Source of the DNA: Candidatus Kapaibacterium sp.
Lineage (GTDB): Bacteria > Bacteroidota > Ignavibacteria > Kapaibacteriales > UBA2268
Length of the DNA: 64,000 bases
Reading direction: 5' to 3'
NCBI GenBank assembly: GCA_963665665.1
Contig: OY762428.1
Location: forward strand, 1,792,001 to 1,856,000
Position numbers and translations under genes: made by a program. Each line of letters begins with the position of its first letter. The first letter of the stretch is position 1. Positions 10,701 to 20,500 of this stretch are shown piece by piece. Below the pieces are notes generated by a model. That model was not told the DNA's origin, did no database searches, and saw nothing but the letters and a program-made list of their open reading frames with translations.

Positions 10701-10974
10701 ACTTACGATGGAGCACAACGAAAAAGAAGTTGTGATAAAAGTAAAAGATCAGGGAAACGGAATTGCACAACAGGAACTGAATCAACTGTTTGAACCTTTC
10801 TTCAGGAATCCGGGCTATATTGGCAATATTCCCGGAATAGGCCTGGGGCTTGCAATTGTTAAAAGGGGTGCAACCGCACTTGGCGGGAAAATTGAAGTTG
10901 AAAGCATACCGGATAAAGGCACTGAATTCATTTTAACCCTGCCGGTGAAGAAAATTGATGCTATTAAAAAGTAA
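7783..10974 (+). CDS. Cytoplasmic multi-PAS/GAF sensor histidine kinase
   Basis: Several PAS and GAF segments; H-box 'FISMVSHEYRTPLT'; N-box 'NLISNALKYS'; G-boxes 'DQGNGI' and 'GIGLGLAI'. Confidence 0.93.
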   Translation: MALNKKILAKMTQQQIFDLLRDYQIKEKKWKEREQELIDQEENYRLLYENAPLGYQSLDEEGNIIEVNKAWLDILGYKKEDVIGKNFADFLPKEFQEHFKKNFPQFKSMGYILGIEFEMIKSDGNDVIVSFDGKIGKTKENKFIRTHCILRDITGKKKSQDYIYKKNDQIESYNKAIIDISTDDDVNSGNFFQAAQKICKKATELMDIEYSSIWFFNKDHSELRMLTRHKRSENSFDKDIVISRKKYPKYFSAIEKERIVIAQSNSDDEISREFLHNYFKSNDLHSMLDVTIRSGTDIIAVICFEQSRLNKDWNDADIMFSVELADQAAQASAISQKVKALENLEKSRDELEESQATIEGILNAAPIGIGIVKDRMLGWTNRFFKEFTGYTDEELNGKSARIIYPDEEEYNRVAEIKHPKVERFGYGDVETKIQRKNGEIKNVIMSSAQIARGDSSKGLIFTVYDITDFANTRKALEKSEKEKNLILSTVTESVIYLDTDMNIIWANKAAEKLSGKNYEENKNLKCYQYWYGQNEKCMNCHIETAIKSGVLSRAERLTSDGKFYDIKAIPVFNKNGEVSGAIETVSDISDIKTLSIKFDRELKINQALADVSAKLLEPVLEFEDYAEIILDEALKLTASPHGFISAIDESNGSNILYAMTDMFDQFSGMKNEDGYIVMKPDENGFYPGFIGHVLNTGEPMFTNNPHNPDDQSPECLLNVQRCVCVPAKYGETILGQIAVFNSARDYKSEEMHIVQKIANLYASMLKRVMAENDLKNLNRELEKRVAQRTEKLNDAVEYLRIEVEERHQIQQELMIAKDKISETLENEKEVNKMKTRFISMVSHEYRTPLTVILSSSHLIGRYSTGEHKEKIDKHLRKIQNSVSQMTKLIDDVLIVGKSEGRSFTVNSSIIDIVSLLKEIYEESKVIDSGKHSIEFSCDTPKMNFFTDRAILKQILTNLISNALKYSPNSKIVKLTMEHNEKEVVIKVKDQGNGIAQQELNQLFEPFFRNPGYIGNIPGIGLGLAIVKRGATALGGKIEVESIPDKGTEFILTLPVKKIDAIKK

Positions 10975-11150
10975 TGATATTACAACAATTAAAGGTAATA
11001 TTTTACAAATGTGGCATTTATATTAAACTTACTGATAAAATACATTTTTATTATAACAAACTTTTCTTATATTGCATCTATTGTTCCACTGTAAATTACA
11101 ACTGCCCCTAAAAAATCATTGGATAATTGTACAACTATGGTTTATATGAT

Positions 11151-11687
11151 ATGCAGAATTTCGAAAATAACGCGGTAATTAGGGTTATACATAACAGAAA
11201 GAGCGTCAGGACATTTATCAAACAGGCAATTTCCAAGCAGCAGGTGATGGCACTTGTCAGGGCAGGAATGGCAGCTCCTACTTCGAACAACAAACAACCC
11301 TGGGGATTCATTGTTATTAATGACCGGGATAAACTTGACAAACTTGCAGAGGAACTACCTTATGCAAAAATGCTTGCTGATGTTGATTCGGCTATTTGTG
11401 TTTGTGGCGACCTGACCAAAACTCTGCCGGACTGGGAAGCAGATTTCTGGATTCAGGACTGTTCCGCAGCTACTCAGAATATTCTTCTTGCCGCAGAAGC
11501 CCTTGGGCTTGGTGCAGTATGGACAGCTCTGTATCCGGCAACGGACAGGGTGCACACAGCACGTGAAATACTTGAAATACCATTCAATATCGTCCCGCTG
11601 AATATTATTCCTATTGGTATGCCCATGGGCAAAGAAAAACCAAAAAACAAATTCAGCATGAATTCAATACACTGGGACAAGTGGTAA
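11151..11687 (+). CDS. Nitroreductase family protein
   Basis: 'RKSVRTF', 'AAPTSNNKQPW', 'QDCSAATQNILLAAEALGLGAVW'. Confidence 0.92.
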   Translation: MQNFENNAVIRVIHNRKSVRTFIKQAISKQQVMALVRAGMAAPTSNNKQPWGFIVINDRDKLDKLAEELPYAKMLADVDSAICVCGDLTKTLPDWEADFWIQDCSAATQNILLAAEALGLGAVWTALYPATDRVHTAREILEIPFNIVPLNIIPIGMPMGKEKPKNKFSMNSIHWDKW

Positions 11688-11751
11688 TTAATCCGTTTCA
11701 GGAAATTTTGAAAAATCAAATATCCCCTTTTTCCGGGGATATTTGTTATAT

Positions 11752-12567
11752 TTATAATTTGCCTTCGCAAAGTATTTTATAATAACTCATAAATTTCTTT
11801 ATTCTTATATCATCCGGTTCATTTTCCCAATTACCGGCCTTTTTGAAGTGCGAGCCAACAATAAAACCATCAAGAAAGGGGAAATACTCCGCAAGGTTAC
11901 CCCTGTTTATTCCCGAACCTGCAAGAACCGGGATATTTGATTTTGTTTTCACCATTTTTATTTCTTCAACATCAGCTTTTTCCCCGGTGGCCCTGCCCGT
12001 AAGGATCAGCCCGTCAGACAAAAAGAACTCAGCAGCCTTTGCGGTTTCTGCTATATCAACATCAGAGCTTATAGCATGCGAGGAATGCTTTTTCTTAATA
12101 TCGGTTAAAATTGAAATCCCGCCTGCCCCGATGCTTTTCCTGTATCTCAGCAAATCAGCAGCACAAGAATCAATATATCCCTCATCAGCGAGGTGTCCGA
12201 ACACGAAACCTTCCGCACGGATAAAATCCAATCCGGCGCAATAAGCGGCAGCAAGCGCTTCTTTATTCGCACCGGCAAGTATTTGTATTCCGCAGGGCAG
12301 CCCTGTAGCCTGCTTCACTTCACGGCCAATAACTGACATCATCGATACAATTTCCGGCCCGGCAGAATTTTTCCGGTAGGGCCTGTCATGCATATTCTCG
12401 ATCATTATTGAATGTACTCCGCACTTTTTATATATTTTGGCTTCCTTCAATGCCTGCTCAATTATCTGTTCCGGAGTAGTGCCGGACTTCGGGGCACCCG
12501 GCAAAGCCTGGACGTGTATCATTGCAATAACAGGTTTTGGAGAGCTGAATATTTTTAGGAAATCCAT
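11752..12567 (-). CDS. BtpA/SgcQ family protein
   Basis: 'IAMIHVQALPGAP', 'IENMHDRPY', 'FIRAEGFVF', 'DIKKKHSSHA', 'DGFIVGS'. Confidence 0.9.
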   Translation of the reverse strand: MDFLKIFSSPKPVIAMIHVQALPGAPKSGTTPEQIIEQALKEAKIYKKCGVHSIMIENMHDRPYRKNSAGPEIVSMMSVIGREVKQATGLPCGIQILAGANKEALAAAYCAGLDFIRAEGFVFGHLADEGYIDSCAADLLRYRKSIGAGGISILTDIKKKHSSHAISSDVDIAETAKAAEFFLSDGLILTGRATGEKADVEEIKMVKTKSNIPVLAGSGINRGNLAEYFPFLDGFIVGSHFKKAGNWENEPDDIRIKKFMSYYKILCEGKL

Positions 12568-12594
12568 ATTTCACCCTTGAAGAAAATTATTTAT

Positions 12595-12888
12595 TTACAA
12601 AATCTCAATTACTTTGCCATATACATTTTTTGTCCACCCGTTGATTCCCCCGTGGTTATTTCCTATCAGCAGGCCCCGCTTTTCATTCTTCCCTTTCACT
12701 TTATGGGTATAGTAATTACCCTTTACTTTGCAATACACAATATCCCCGGTGCGGCATTCCTGCCAGCAAGCCGGAGCTATCCTGCACGGCTGTCTGGATT
12801 TTAATACAGGTTCCATCGAGTTGCCGGGTTCCCTGGATACTATAGTCTCGCCACGCTGTAATTTTTCAACTTTAAAGTTTCTATACAT
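12595..12888 (-). CDS. Small S24/S26-peptidase-like protein
   Basis: 'GNSMEP' (Ser), 'GDIV', 'THKV' (Lys) and 'IGNN' match the LexA/signal-peptidase fold signature. Confidence 0.6.
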   Translation of the reverse strand: MYRNFKVEKLQRGETIVSREPGNSMEPVLKSRQPCRIAPACWQECRTGDIVYCKVKGNYYTHKVKGKNEKRGLLIGNNHGGINGWTKNVYGKVIEIL

Positions 12889-13151
12889 AATTCAGTTATA
12901 CATTAAGTTAGATTCAAATTTTACTATAAATATAAGAAATAATATTGATTGCAATATTATAACAGCGGAGAGAGGCATATAAAAGTATCCTTTTTTTATT
13001 CAATTGATTATATTTTTTGGTTCCTTGAGACTTTTTCTTATTTTATATGTTATTATATAAAATAAGATAAACAGCTGCGCGATATTTTTTTGGGATTTTC
13101 TCTCTCAAATTAAAGCTAAAAATTTCGATTGATAATTATTATGGAAAGGTT

Positions 13152-15248
13152 ATGAAAAAATTACTACCAATCTTCATATTCATCATAAATACTTCGATAC
13201 TTACTGCTACTGATTTTTGGGAAAAAGCTGATGTGCCGGATATTCCGCCTGTAGCTTCGATTGTAAAGAATGCTAACGGGGATATATTTGCCTGTTCGCA
13301 CTGGGTTTCAAAATCTACCAACGGAGGCGAGAGTTGGGAAGACGCTAATACGGTTGTTTCGGGGAACAGCAACTATAACTTATATGACCTTCCTTATTTC
13401 TATAACAAAATAGTTGTTGCCGGCAACGGCTATTTATTCATCGCGCCGCCAAAAGGGCAAATGCTAAGGTCAACGGATTATGGTGCATCATGGCATATAA
13501 TATCGGAAGAATTTGAACCGGAAGAAGTACTTTGCATTGATAATAACGATGTATTATATTCACAAAATGACAATGATCTGTTTGTGTCAACGGATTATGG
13601 TGATACCTGGGAAATAAAATATTACCCCAAACTCTTTTCGACATATTTTATCTTTGATATAGTGTGCAACAGCAGCAACGATATTATTATTGATGGTTGC
13701 ACATCTCTGAAGTATAAAAAAGCTGACGGTGAATGGAAATATAAATGGCCATTTACATCTGATTTAGAAAATACTGTGGATCTGACTTGCAATGATCAGG
13801 AAATATTTCTGCTAACATCCGAAGCATTTCACTATTCTCCTGATTTCGGGAAAACATGGACAAGAATTTATCACAAATTTTCATTTCATGATGTTGCTCT
13901 TCCGGAAATCAACTATATAAACGGAACAATATATTTAACTTCAGAAAGCGGAGTTCATTTTAAAACAACGGATAATGGAAAAACCTGGGAAGAGGCTTTG
14001 CCGCAATTCAAATTTATTCCTATCTATGATATTGCACAATATGAAGATGAAATATATATCTGTGGCCCCGGACTTTGGAAATCGACTGACAGTTTAAAAA
14101 GCTTTGAAAAACTACCCGTGCAACCCGGTTATACATTCGGTACGATACAGGCTGAAGATTCTGATAACAATCTTTATTGCATTATGCCGGGCGGGATTTA
14201 TACTGGAAAAGATACTGAATGGAACATAATGCCTATGCCCGAAGGATTAAATCCCTATTTTACCGGCAGCCTTTATTCCACATCTAATTTTGACTTATGC
14301 CTTAATTATAATCATATCCATGACTATGAATACTTTTATTCTGAAAATGGACAATACTGGCAAGCTATGGGACTCGATAGATATTTTAAAAATAGTTCAC
14401 TGGGTAAAAAAGGTAAATTTTTCTTCTGGAGCAGTAAGGCTCTTGTTTATACTTCCAATGGATATGATTTTACTGAAATCGAGGTTCCTACGACAATAGG
14501 GGCTGTTTATATCGGAGAAAATAATGAAATACTTAATCGTAATGATACTATATTTAATGTTTCTACTGATTTAGGATTAAGCTGGAATAATTATACAACA
14601 ACAAGGAAAATAACCTGGTGGAGAATTTCCGACTTTGCTTTTGTAAATAATGTGATTTATGTAATTTATCAGGACGGAGTTTATTATTCCTCTGATTACG
14701 GAAAAAACTGGACGGGAATTGACATTATTAACAGCCTGCCGCAATACACAGATTGGATTGCCGGAAGCTTCTATGTTAACGGCCAGGAAATATATGTATC
14801 GTGCGATAAAGGCGCATTCAGAATAAATGCCGAAGATAATACAACAGAAGACTTAAACTCAGGACTTGATTCAAAAGTAGTCAGATGCATATTCCATGCC
14901 GCTGACGGTTATTTATATCTTAGTTCCAATAGCGGAATTTACAGAAGCAGGCAAACAATTGCCGGAGTCGAAGACAGATATAATGATTCTGATTTCTCAC
15001 TACAGGCAAATACTGACAATGATTACTCCATGCTTGATTTAACGATAAGCAGTAGTGATTCAGGAAATTATTCAATCAGCATTATCGATATTAACGGAAA
15101 AATTGTTTATACATCTGATAAATACCTAACTGGCTATACATCAGCAATTCGTGATATAGATATTTCACGTCTTGCATCCGGAGTTTATATCATTAATTGC
15201 AGTTCGGAATCAGGCGCTGCATCAGCAAAATTTACCATAGCAAGATAA
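13152..15248 (+). CDS. Secreted BNR/Asp-box beta-propeller protein with T9SS CTD
   Basis: Signal peptide; repeated S-x-D-x-G-x-T/S-W boxes; C terminus 'DINGKIV...LASGVYII...KFTIAR'. Confidence 0.85.
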   Translation: MKKLLPIFIFIINTSILTATDFWEKADVPDIPPVASIVKNANGDIFACSHWVSKSTNGGESWEDANTVVSGNSNYNLYDLPYFYNKIVVAGNGYLFIAPPKGQMLRSTDYGASWHIISEEFEPEEVLCIDNNDVLYSQNDNDLFVSTDYGDTWEIKYYPKLFSTYFIFDIVCNSSNDIIIDGCTSLKYKKADGEWKYKWPFTSDLENTVDLTCNDQEIFLLTSEAFHYSPDFGKTWTRIYHKFSFHDVALPEINYINGTIYLTSESGVHFKTTDNGKTWEEALPQFKFIPIYDIAQYEDEIYICGPGLWKSTDSLKSFEKLPVQPGYTFGTIQAEDSDNNLYCIMPGGIYTGKDTEWNIMPMPEGLNPYFTGSLYSTSNFDLCLNYNHIHDYEYFYSENGQYWQAMGLDRYFKNSSLGKKGKFFFWSSKALVYTSNGYDFTEIEVPTTIGAVYIGENNEILNRNDTIFNVSTDLGLSWNNYTTTRKITWWRISDFAFVNNVIYVIYQDGVYYSSDYGKNWTGIDIINSLPQYTDWIAGSFYVNGQEIYVSCDKGAFRINAEDNTTEDLNSGLDSKVVRCIFHAADGYLYLSSNSGIYRSRQTIAGVEDRYNDSDFSLQANTDNDYSMLDLTISSSDSGNYSISIIDINGKIVYTSDKYLTGYTSAIRDIDISRLASGVYIINCSSESGAASAKFTIAR

Positions 15249-15443
15249 GTTTAATTATCATGATTGGTTTCTAAATTATTTCTTGCTTCAATTTGAATGA
15301 TTTTGTATTTTATCTTTGAGACTCATTGATGATATTCTTGGCAGGCAAAAGATCAAACAGTATCAGACAATTCACATAAACTGTCGGATTATCATTCATA
15401 CTCGAAAATTCTAACATATTTTTAACATTTTATTGGAGTTATC

Positions 15444-16163
15444 ATGGAAAACGAACAGAATGAAGTAATCAGCATGCCAAGAATAGGCGATCCGGCCCCC
15501 GAATTTAAAGCTGTTACAACACAGGGAGAAATTAATTTCCCTTCTGACTATAAAGGAAACTGGGTAATACTGTTCAGCCATCCGGCAGATTTTACTCCTG
15601 TATGCACATCTGAATTTATGACTTTTGCCTCGATGGAGGATCAATTTGCAAAAGCAAACTGTAAGCTGGTAGGGCTTTCTGTTGACGGATTATACAGCCA
15701 CATTGCATGGCTTAGAACTATAAAGGAAAAAATTGAATACAGGGGAATGAAAGATGTTGAAGTAAAATTCCCGCTAATAGAAGATATATCAATGAATGTT
15801 GCAAAAAAATACGGTATGATACAACCAAATGAAGACACAACCAAAGCCGTAAGGGCAGTATTCTTTGTTGATCCTGCCGGTATCATCAGGACAATTATTT
15901 ATTATCCGCTTAGCCTGGGAAGAAATTTTGATGAACTTTACAGAGCCCTGATAGCACTTCAGGCATCCGATGAATTCGGAGTAGCAACGCCAGCCGACTG
16001 GCGTCCGGGTGACGATGTTATTATCAGCCCTGCCGGTTCATGCGGAGCTGCTGCCGACAGGATGGACGGCAAAGACGATAATATTGATGAGTGTAAGGAC
16101 TGGTTCTTCTGCACAAAGAAAATATCTAAAGAGACGGTGCTTGATAAGATCATTAAAAAATAG
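15444..16163 (+). CDS. Peroxiredoxin (Prx6/archaeal-type)
   Basis: 'FSHPADFTPVCTSE', 'GRNFDE', 'TPADWRPGD'; extra C-terminal Cys residues (GSCG, DWFFC). Confidence 0.95.
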   Translation: MENEQNEVISMPRIGDPAPEFKAVTTQGEINFPSDYKGNWVILFSHPADFTPVCTSEFMTFASMEDQFAKANCKLVGLSVDGLYSHIAWLRTIKEKIEYRGMKDVEVKFPLIEDISMNVAKKYGMIQPNEDTTKAVRAVFFVDPAGIIRTIIYYPLSLGRNFDELYRALIALQASDEFGVATPADWRPGDDVIISPAGSCGAAADRMDGKDDNIDECKDWFFCTKKISKETVLDKIIKK

Positions 16164-16248
16164 TATTTGTTAATACCATCAAATTTCTGAGGTAGATCAG
16201 AAATTGAGAGATTTTATCGAAGTATATATCTCCATGAATTGAATTAAT

Positions 16249-16283
16249 AAAAAAGCTCCATCCTATTACAGTTGGAGCTTTTT
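16249..16283. terminator. Bidirectional intrinsic terminator
   Basis: AAAAAAGCTCCA...TGGAGCTTTTT between convergent genes. Confidence 0.7.
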
Positions 16284-16305
16284 CATAAAATATCGAACTT
16301 AGCTG

Positions 16306-19300
16306 TTATTTGATATTTATCATCAATTTTTGCAGAATATTATTCTCGTGAGTGAATATCAGGTAATATGCACCGGCGGGAAGGTTTTTGGCTTTAAACT
16401 TATATCTGCTCTCTCCCGGAATAACTATACCCCTGAATACATCAAACACCCTGCGCCCGGATGCGTCTACTATAAATATTTCTGCTTCAAGATTTTTATC
16501 ATATTTATTTGTGCACACGGCTTCTGCTTTGGCGCTGAATGGGTTGGGAACTATCTCGATACTGATATTATTGTCAAATTCAGCAAGTTCCTCAACATCG
16601 GTTGGTATTCCTGTTGCTTTTACAATAATACAGCTTGTAGTATCCATGTATGCATCAGATCTTACACACATATCATATTCGTATTTTTTGTCTTCGGCAG
16701 GTGTAAATCTTAGAGTTATTGTTTTTTCTACAGACGGCTCAAGAACAAACGGAAATCCTGCACCAGGGAATGTAAAAATTTCATCATAATCACCGTCAAG
16801 ATAAATATTCTCAACAAAAACAGCCTGTTCTCCTTCATTTACAATAGCAAATTCTTTCTCTTTATAGTCGCCAATTTCGGTTTTGGTAAAGGACAGGAAG
16901 GGCTTGTCAATATTTAAAATACCAATAGGGCCGTCAGAAATTCCATTCAGGTAAACAATCTGTTCTGCACCGTTAAAGGCATTTGAATTTATCGTGAGCC
17001 TGCCTGTAAATTCCCATTTTCCTGCCGGCAGGAATTCAACAGTAATTTCCTTACTGCTGAAGGCATCAATTGTTATGTTGTTATACTCCTTATCGAGCGA
17101 AAACACTTCATTCAGATCATTAACAACAGTAATAGTGCTAATTTCAAGAGCTTCCTCACCCTTGTTTTCAATTGTCAGTGTTTTGGTTTGAAGTTCGTCC
17201 TTCATTCCGTCAACATATTTTAATGTATCGTTGCTGAGTATCATGAATGGTTTGGGGCTGTAACCATATCCCCATATATCATGATATGATACTGGAGCAT
17301 TAACAGCGTCCGTTGTAAATTTGATAGTTCCGAAGTAATCCTGTCTTTTTATCGGAGCAAAATTGACTTGATAATCAAGTTTTTCACCGGGATTTATTAT
17401 CTGAGGCATAGCAATATCACCTATCGAGAATACTTCGTCAGGATTGTCTCCTATGCTCATGCTTGTAATATTCATCGGAGCATCGCCAACATTAATAATA
17501 GAAAATGTCATATCCTTGCTGTTTCCTGTGTAAACAGTATCGAATCTTGTTACAGAAACGTTATATTTAACAACCGGTTTGTCGCCTTCCCAGGTTTTTA
17601 TATATCCGTCATACCCGTCTTTGTCAATATTAATAACTACATTGATAGGAGGATTTTCGATAGTAGTTACATCAATATCAGCGTTCGGCCAGCGAACTTT
17701 TATAGAATCAATTCCATTTGTTTTATCAATTCCAAAGTTCCTGATAAAAGGTTTCTGTCCTCCGAAATGCCCCTCGCCCGCCTGAATTTCACGGATTTGA
17801 GCAATGCCACCTGCGTAAGTTGTTATTCTGGCGCCCATTGCATCACGATTGCAACCCTCGGGAACGTTAGTCAGTTTAACGGAAGTCCAGTTTTTCTCGT
17901 TTCCGATTTTATTTTCAAGAAGAACCATTCTTAGTCCTTCTGTCGGGTCGTTGTGACAGACAAATAAGTCTTCGTCGCCGTCAAGGTCGAAGTCAGCCCC
18001 AACTGCTTCAGATGCATCCACCACCCATGAAAGGCCGAGATCCGCAGTAACATCATAAAATTCATTATCGTCACGCTGAATACATGCGTAAAGCCTGCGG
18101 GACTGAGGAGTATAGTATCCTTCAGCTATACAAATATCCTGCCATCCATCGTTATCCATATCAATAAACAGGCCGCCATAATCGCCAAGGTGAGCATAAG
18201 CAGGTGCATTCCTGTGAATGAGCGACATATCCCATTCCAGCCTGTAATCCGGGTATCCGGTGTTAACAGCTATATGTGTATGGCCTTCGGGTTTGCCGTC
18301 CCTTTCCTCGTATCCGCCGTGGATAAGGCATTGCAAAACATCAATATCACCGTCATTATCAAAATCGGCAGTAGGGGCTTCCCACTGGCAGAGTGGTTTC
18401 TGCACCCAGACACCATCGCTCTGATACCAGTCTCCACCGTATTTTTGTGATGTATAGTGTGCCTCGTTCTGTGCATCTGTAAAATTGCCGTTTTTCATAT
18501 TTTTCAGAAGGCGTCCACCCGTTCGGCAATAAGGAGATGTAAGAACATCCTGCCATCCGTCGTTATTCCAGTCTGTTACGTTTACTCCGTAAAGCGGTTC
18601 AGCAACAGCCTGCACGCCATTGTTCTTAATATAAGTGTAAGATCCGTCGCCGTTACCTTTAAGCAGTACATCCGGAAAATTTACACCGTATCTATAATCC
18701 ACGAATTTCGTAGCTACGTATACATCAAGAATACCATCATAATCATAATCAAGGTAGGACATACCAACTGCATCTATCAGGCCGTTCGGCAAGGTGCTGT
18801 AATACTGAATATCATTAATTCCGGAATCTTCTTTCAGTGTGAACTTACCGGTTCCGTCATTCAGGTAAACTTCCGGCCTGTCGGAATGTCCCGGCTGGAA
18901 CCATTCTAAACGGTGATAATAAAAGAATGTAACAAGGTCCCTGTCTCCGTCATTATCAATGTCTGCAAGAACAGCAACATCGAATTCCCTGTAATCTTTT
19001 TCAGGATCACGATTTTTATTAATTCCGGATTCATCTGTAAAATCAACAAAAACTCTTTTCAGGCCTGAATTTGAATCAGGGTTGGGAACGTTCAGGAAAA
19101 GTGAAAAAGTTGAACTGTTTCCGGCAGTAAGGCCGGCTGTACCAACGAGAATATCCGGGTAGTTGTCCCCATTAATATCGCAAATCTGAATTTTATCAGT
19201 CGGCAGGCCCGTAAGCCCGGCATTATCAGTAATATTGCTGAACCACGTCTCGTCCTGCGCGAAAGAAACAGAATACGCAATGAATAAATATGCAAATATC

Positions 19301-19383
19301 AGGCTGGTAAATCCCTTAACCGGGGCAGGTAAGTTTCTCATAATTTTCCCACTAAAATAAAACACGTTTTTTGTTCTTTTCAA
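16306..19383 (-). CDS. FG-GAP/ASPIC-UnbV (CRTAC1-like) protein with Ig-like (choice-of-anchor D) repeats and T9SS CTD
   Basis: Multiple DxDxDGxxD Ca-binding loops; 'RDAMGARI...NFG...IKVRWPN' UnbV domain; three 'I.N.G...L.I' Ig-like repeats; 'VPNPFS...LPAGAYY' CTD. The true start may be ATG 19341. Confidence 0.85.
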   Translation of the reverse strand: MKRTKNVFYFSGKIMRNLPAPVKGFTSLIFAYLFIAYSVSFAQDETWFSNITDNAGLTGLPTDKIQICDINGDNYPDILVGTAGLTAGNSSTFSLFLNVPNPDSNSGLKRVFVDFTDESGINKNRDPEKDYREFDVAVLADIDNDGDRDLVTFFYYHRLEWFQPGHSDRPEVYLNDGTGKFTLKEDSGINDIQYYSTLPNGLIDAVGMSYLDYDYDGILDVYVATKFVDYRYGVNFPDVLLKGNGDGSYTYIKNNGVQAVAEPLYGVNVTDWNNDGWQDVLTSPYCRTGGRLLKNMKNGNFTDAQNEAHYTSQKYGGDWYQSDGVWVQKPLCQWEAPTADFDNDGDIDVLQCLIHGGYEERDGKPEGHTHIAVNTGYPDYRLEWDMSLIHRNAPAYAHLGDYGGLFIDMDNDGWQDICIAEGYYTPQSRRLYACIQRDDNEFYDVTADLGLSWVVDASEAVGADFDLDGDEDLFVCHNDPTEGLRMVLLENKIGNEKNWTSVKLTNVPEGCNRDAMGARITTYAGGIAQIREIQAGEGHFGGQKPFIRNFGIDKTNGIDSIKVRWPNADIDVTTIENPPINVVINIDKDGYDGYIKTWEGDKPVVKYNVSVTRFDTVYTGNSKDMTFSIINVGDAPMNITSMSIGDNPDEVFSIGDIAMPQIINPGEKLDYQVNFAPIKRQDYFGTIKFTTDAVNAPVSYHDIWGYGYSPKPFMILSNDTLKYVDGMKDELQTKTLTIENKGEEALEISTITVVNDLNEVFSLDKEYNNITIDAFSSKEITVEFLPAGKWEFTGRLTINSNAFNGAEQIVYLNGISDGPIGILNIDKPFLSFTKTEIGDYKEKEFAIVNEGEQAVFVENIYLDGDYDEIFTFPGAGFPFVLEPSVEKTITLRFTPAEDKKYEYDMCVRSDAYMDTTSCIIVKATGIPTDVEELAEFDNNISIEIVPNPFSAKAEAVCTNKYDKNLEAEIFIVDASGRRVFDVFRGIVIPGESRYKFKAKNLPAGAYYLIFTHENNILQKLMINIK

Positions 19384-19661
19384 GATATTAAATATAAGTA
19401 TTTAACATGAACAGGACAATTTTTTCGACAGATAAATATATGATAATCTGGATTTTTATTTATAATTACCACTCTAAATGAATAAAAGGAAATATTGTTT
19501 GCCCTAATAATTCGTTTGCACTGAAAAATTTTATCAATTTTTTCTGATAAGGAGACTGGAGAAAAGCCCCAACCCATGCGAACATCGGATTAACCTAAAA
19601 GCATAGTGGCTCATATCGGTGAAGAATATGTTAACTAATTATCAGAGTATAATCGGGAAAA

Positions 19662-20495
19662 TCACCAGCCCAGAAAGTTTCGTTTTATCTTTTTAAACGC
19701 ATTTATACCAATTCCAATAGGATTTTTCAGGGCATAAACCTTCCAATTATCCAAAGCATCGATATATTTTTTATCGGTATTGTTTTCAGCGGCCCATATT
19801 CGGAAATTATCAAAACATTTTTCCTTAACATCAGAAATCCCAAGATTTTTCGTTCTGACGCTTGCAGCCGGTTCATCTAAGTAATTAACAAGGCATTCGT
19901 TTACAAAAGTAAAACCGGTTTGGGTAGCAACTCGCAGCCACAAAGCATAATCCTCTATAGCCCTCATTGCTTCCTCTTCCGGGAATCCACCTGATTTTAA
20001 TACCAGTTCCTTTTTTACCATTGCAGAACTGTTAATAACTACATTCCCGACTATAAGGTCAAAAAACGTGATTATGCTTTTGTTCCAGTAAATAAACTCT
20101 TCGTATGGCGGGTTTTTTCCGGGAATAACCCGAAAAGCATTTGTGCTGACAGCTTGTGTGCCGGTATGCTCCGCTGCTTTGAATTGCTTTTCCAATTTAT
20201 CGGGCAGCCACTCATCATCAGAATCCAGAAAAGCCAGCCAATCAGCTCTTGCAGCCTTTATCCCCCTGTTCCTTGGGGGTGCAGGACGTCCGGCACGCTC
20301 TCCGGGCAGCCAGATAAGGCGTGTGTCATCTATTGAATTAATGATTTCAGAAGTATCATCATCTGAGCCGTCGTCGCAGATTAATACTTCAATATTATCA
20401 AAGGTCTGGTTCAGGGCGCTTCTCACAGTTTTTTCAATTACGTCGGCCCTGTTCCAGGTTGGTATAATAACGGATATTTCAGGTGTATTATTCAT
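19662..20495 (-). CDS. Glycosyltransferase family 2
   Basis: 'SVIIPTWNR', 'DDGSDD', 'RNRGI', 'FLDSDD', 'EDY'. Confidence 0.93.
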   Translation of the reverse strand: MNNTPEISVIIPTWNRADVIEKTVRSALNQTFDNIEVLICDDGSDDDTSEIINSIDDTRLIWLPGERAGRPAPPRNRGIKAARADWLAFLDSDDEWLPDKLEKQFKAAEHTGTQAVSTNAFRVIPGKNPPYEEFIYWNKSIITFFDLIVGNVVINSSAMVKKELVLKSGGFPEEEAMRAIEDYALWLRVATQTGFTFVNECLVNYLDEPAASVRTKNLGISDVKEKCFDNFRIWAAENNTDKKYIDALDNWKVYALKNPIGIGINAFKKIKRNFLGW

Positions 20496-20500
20496 AACTA

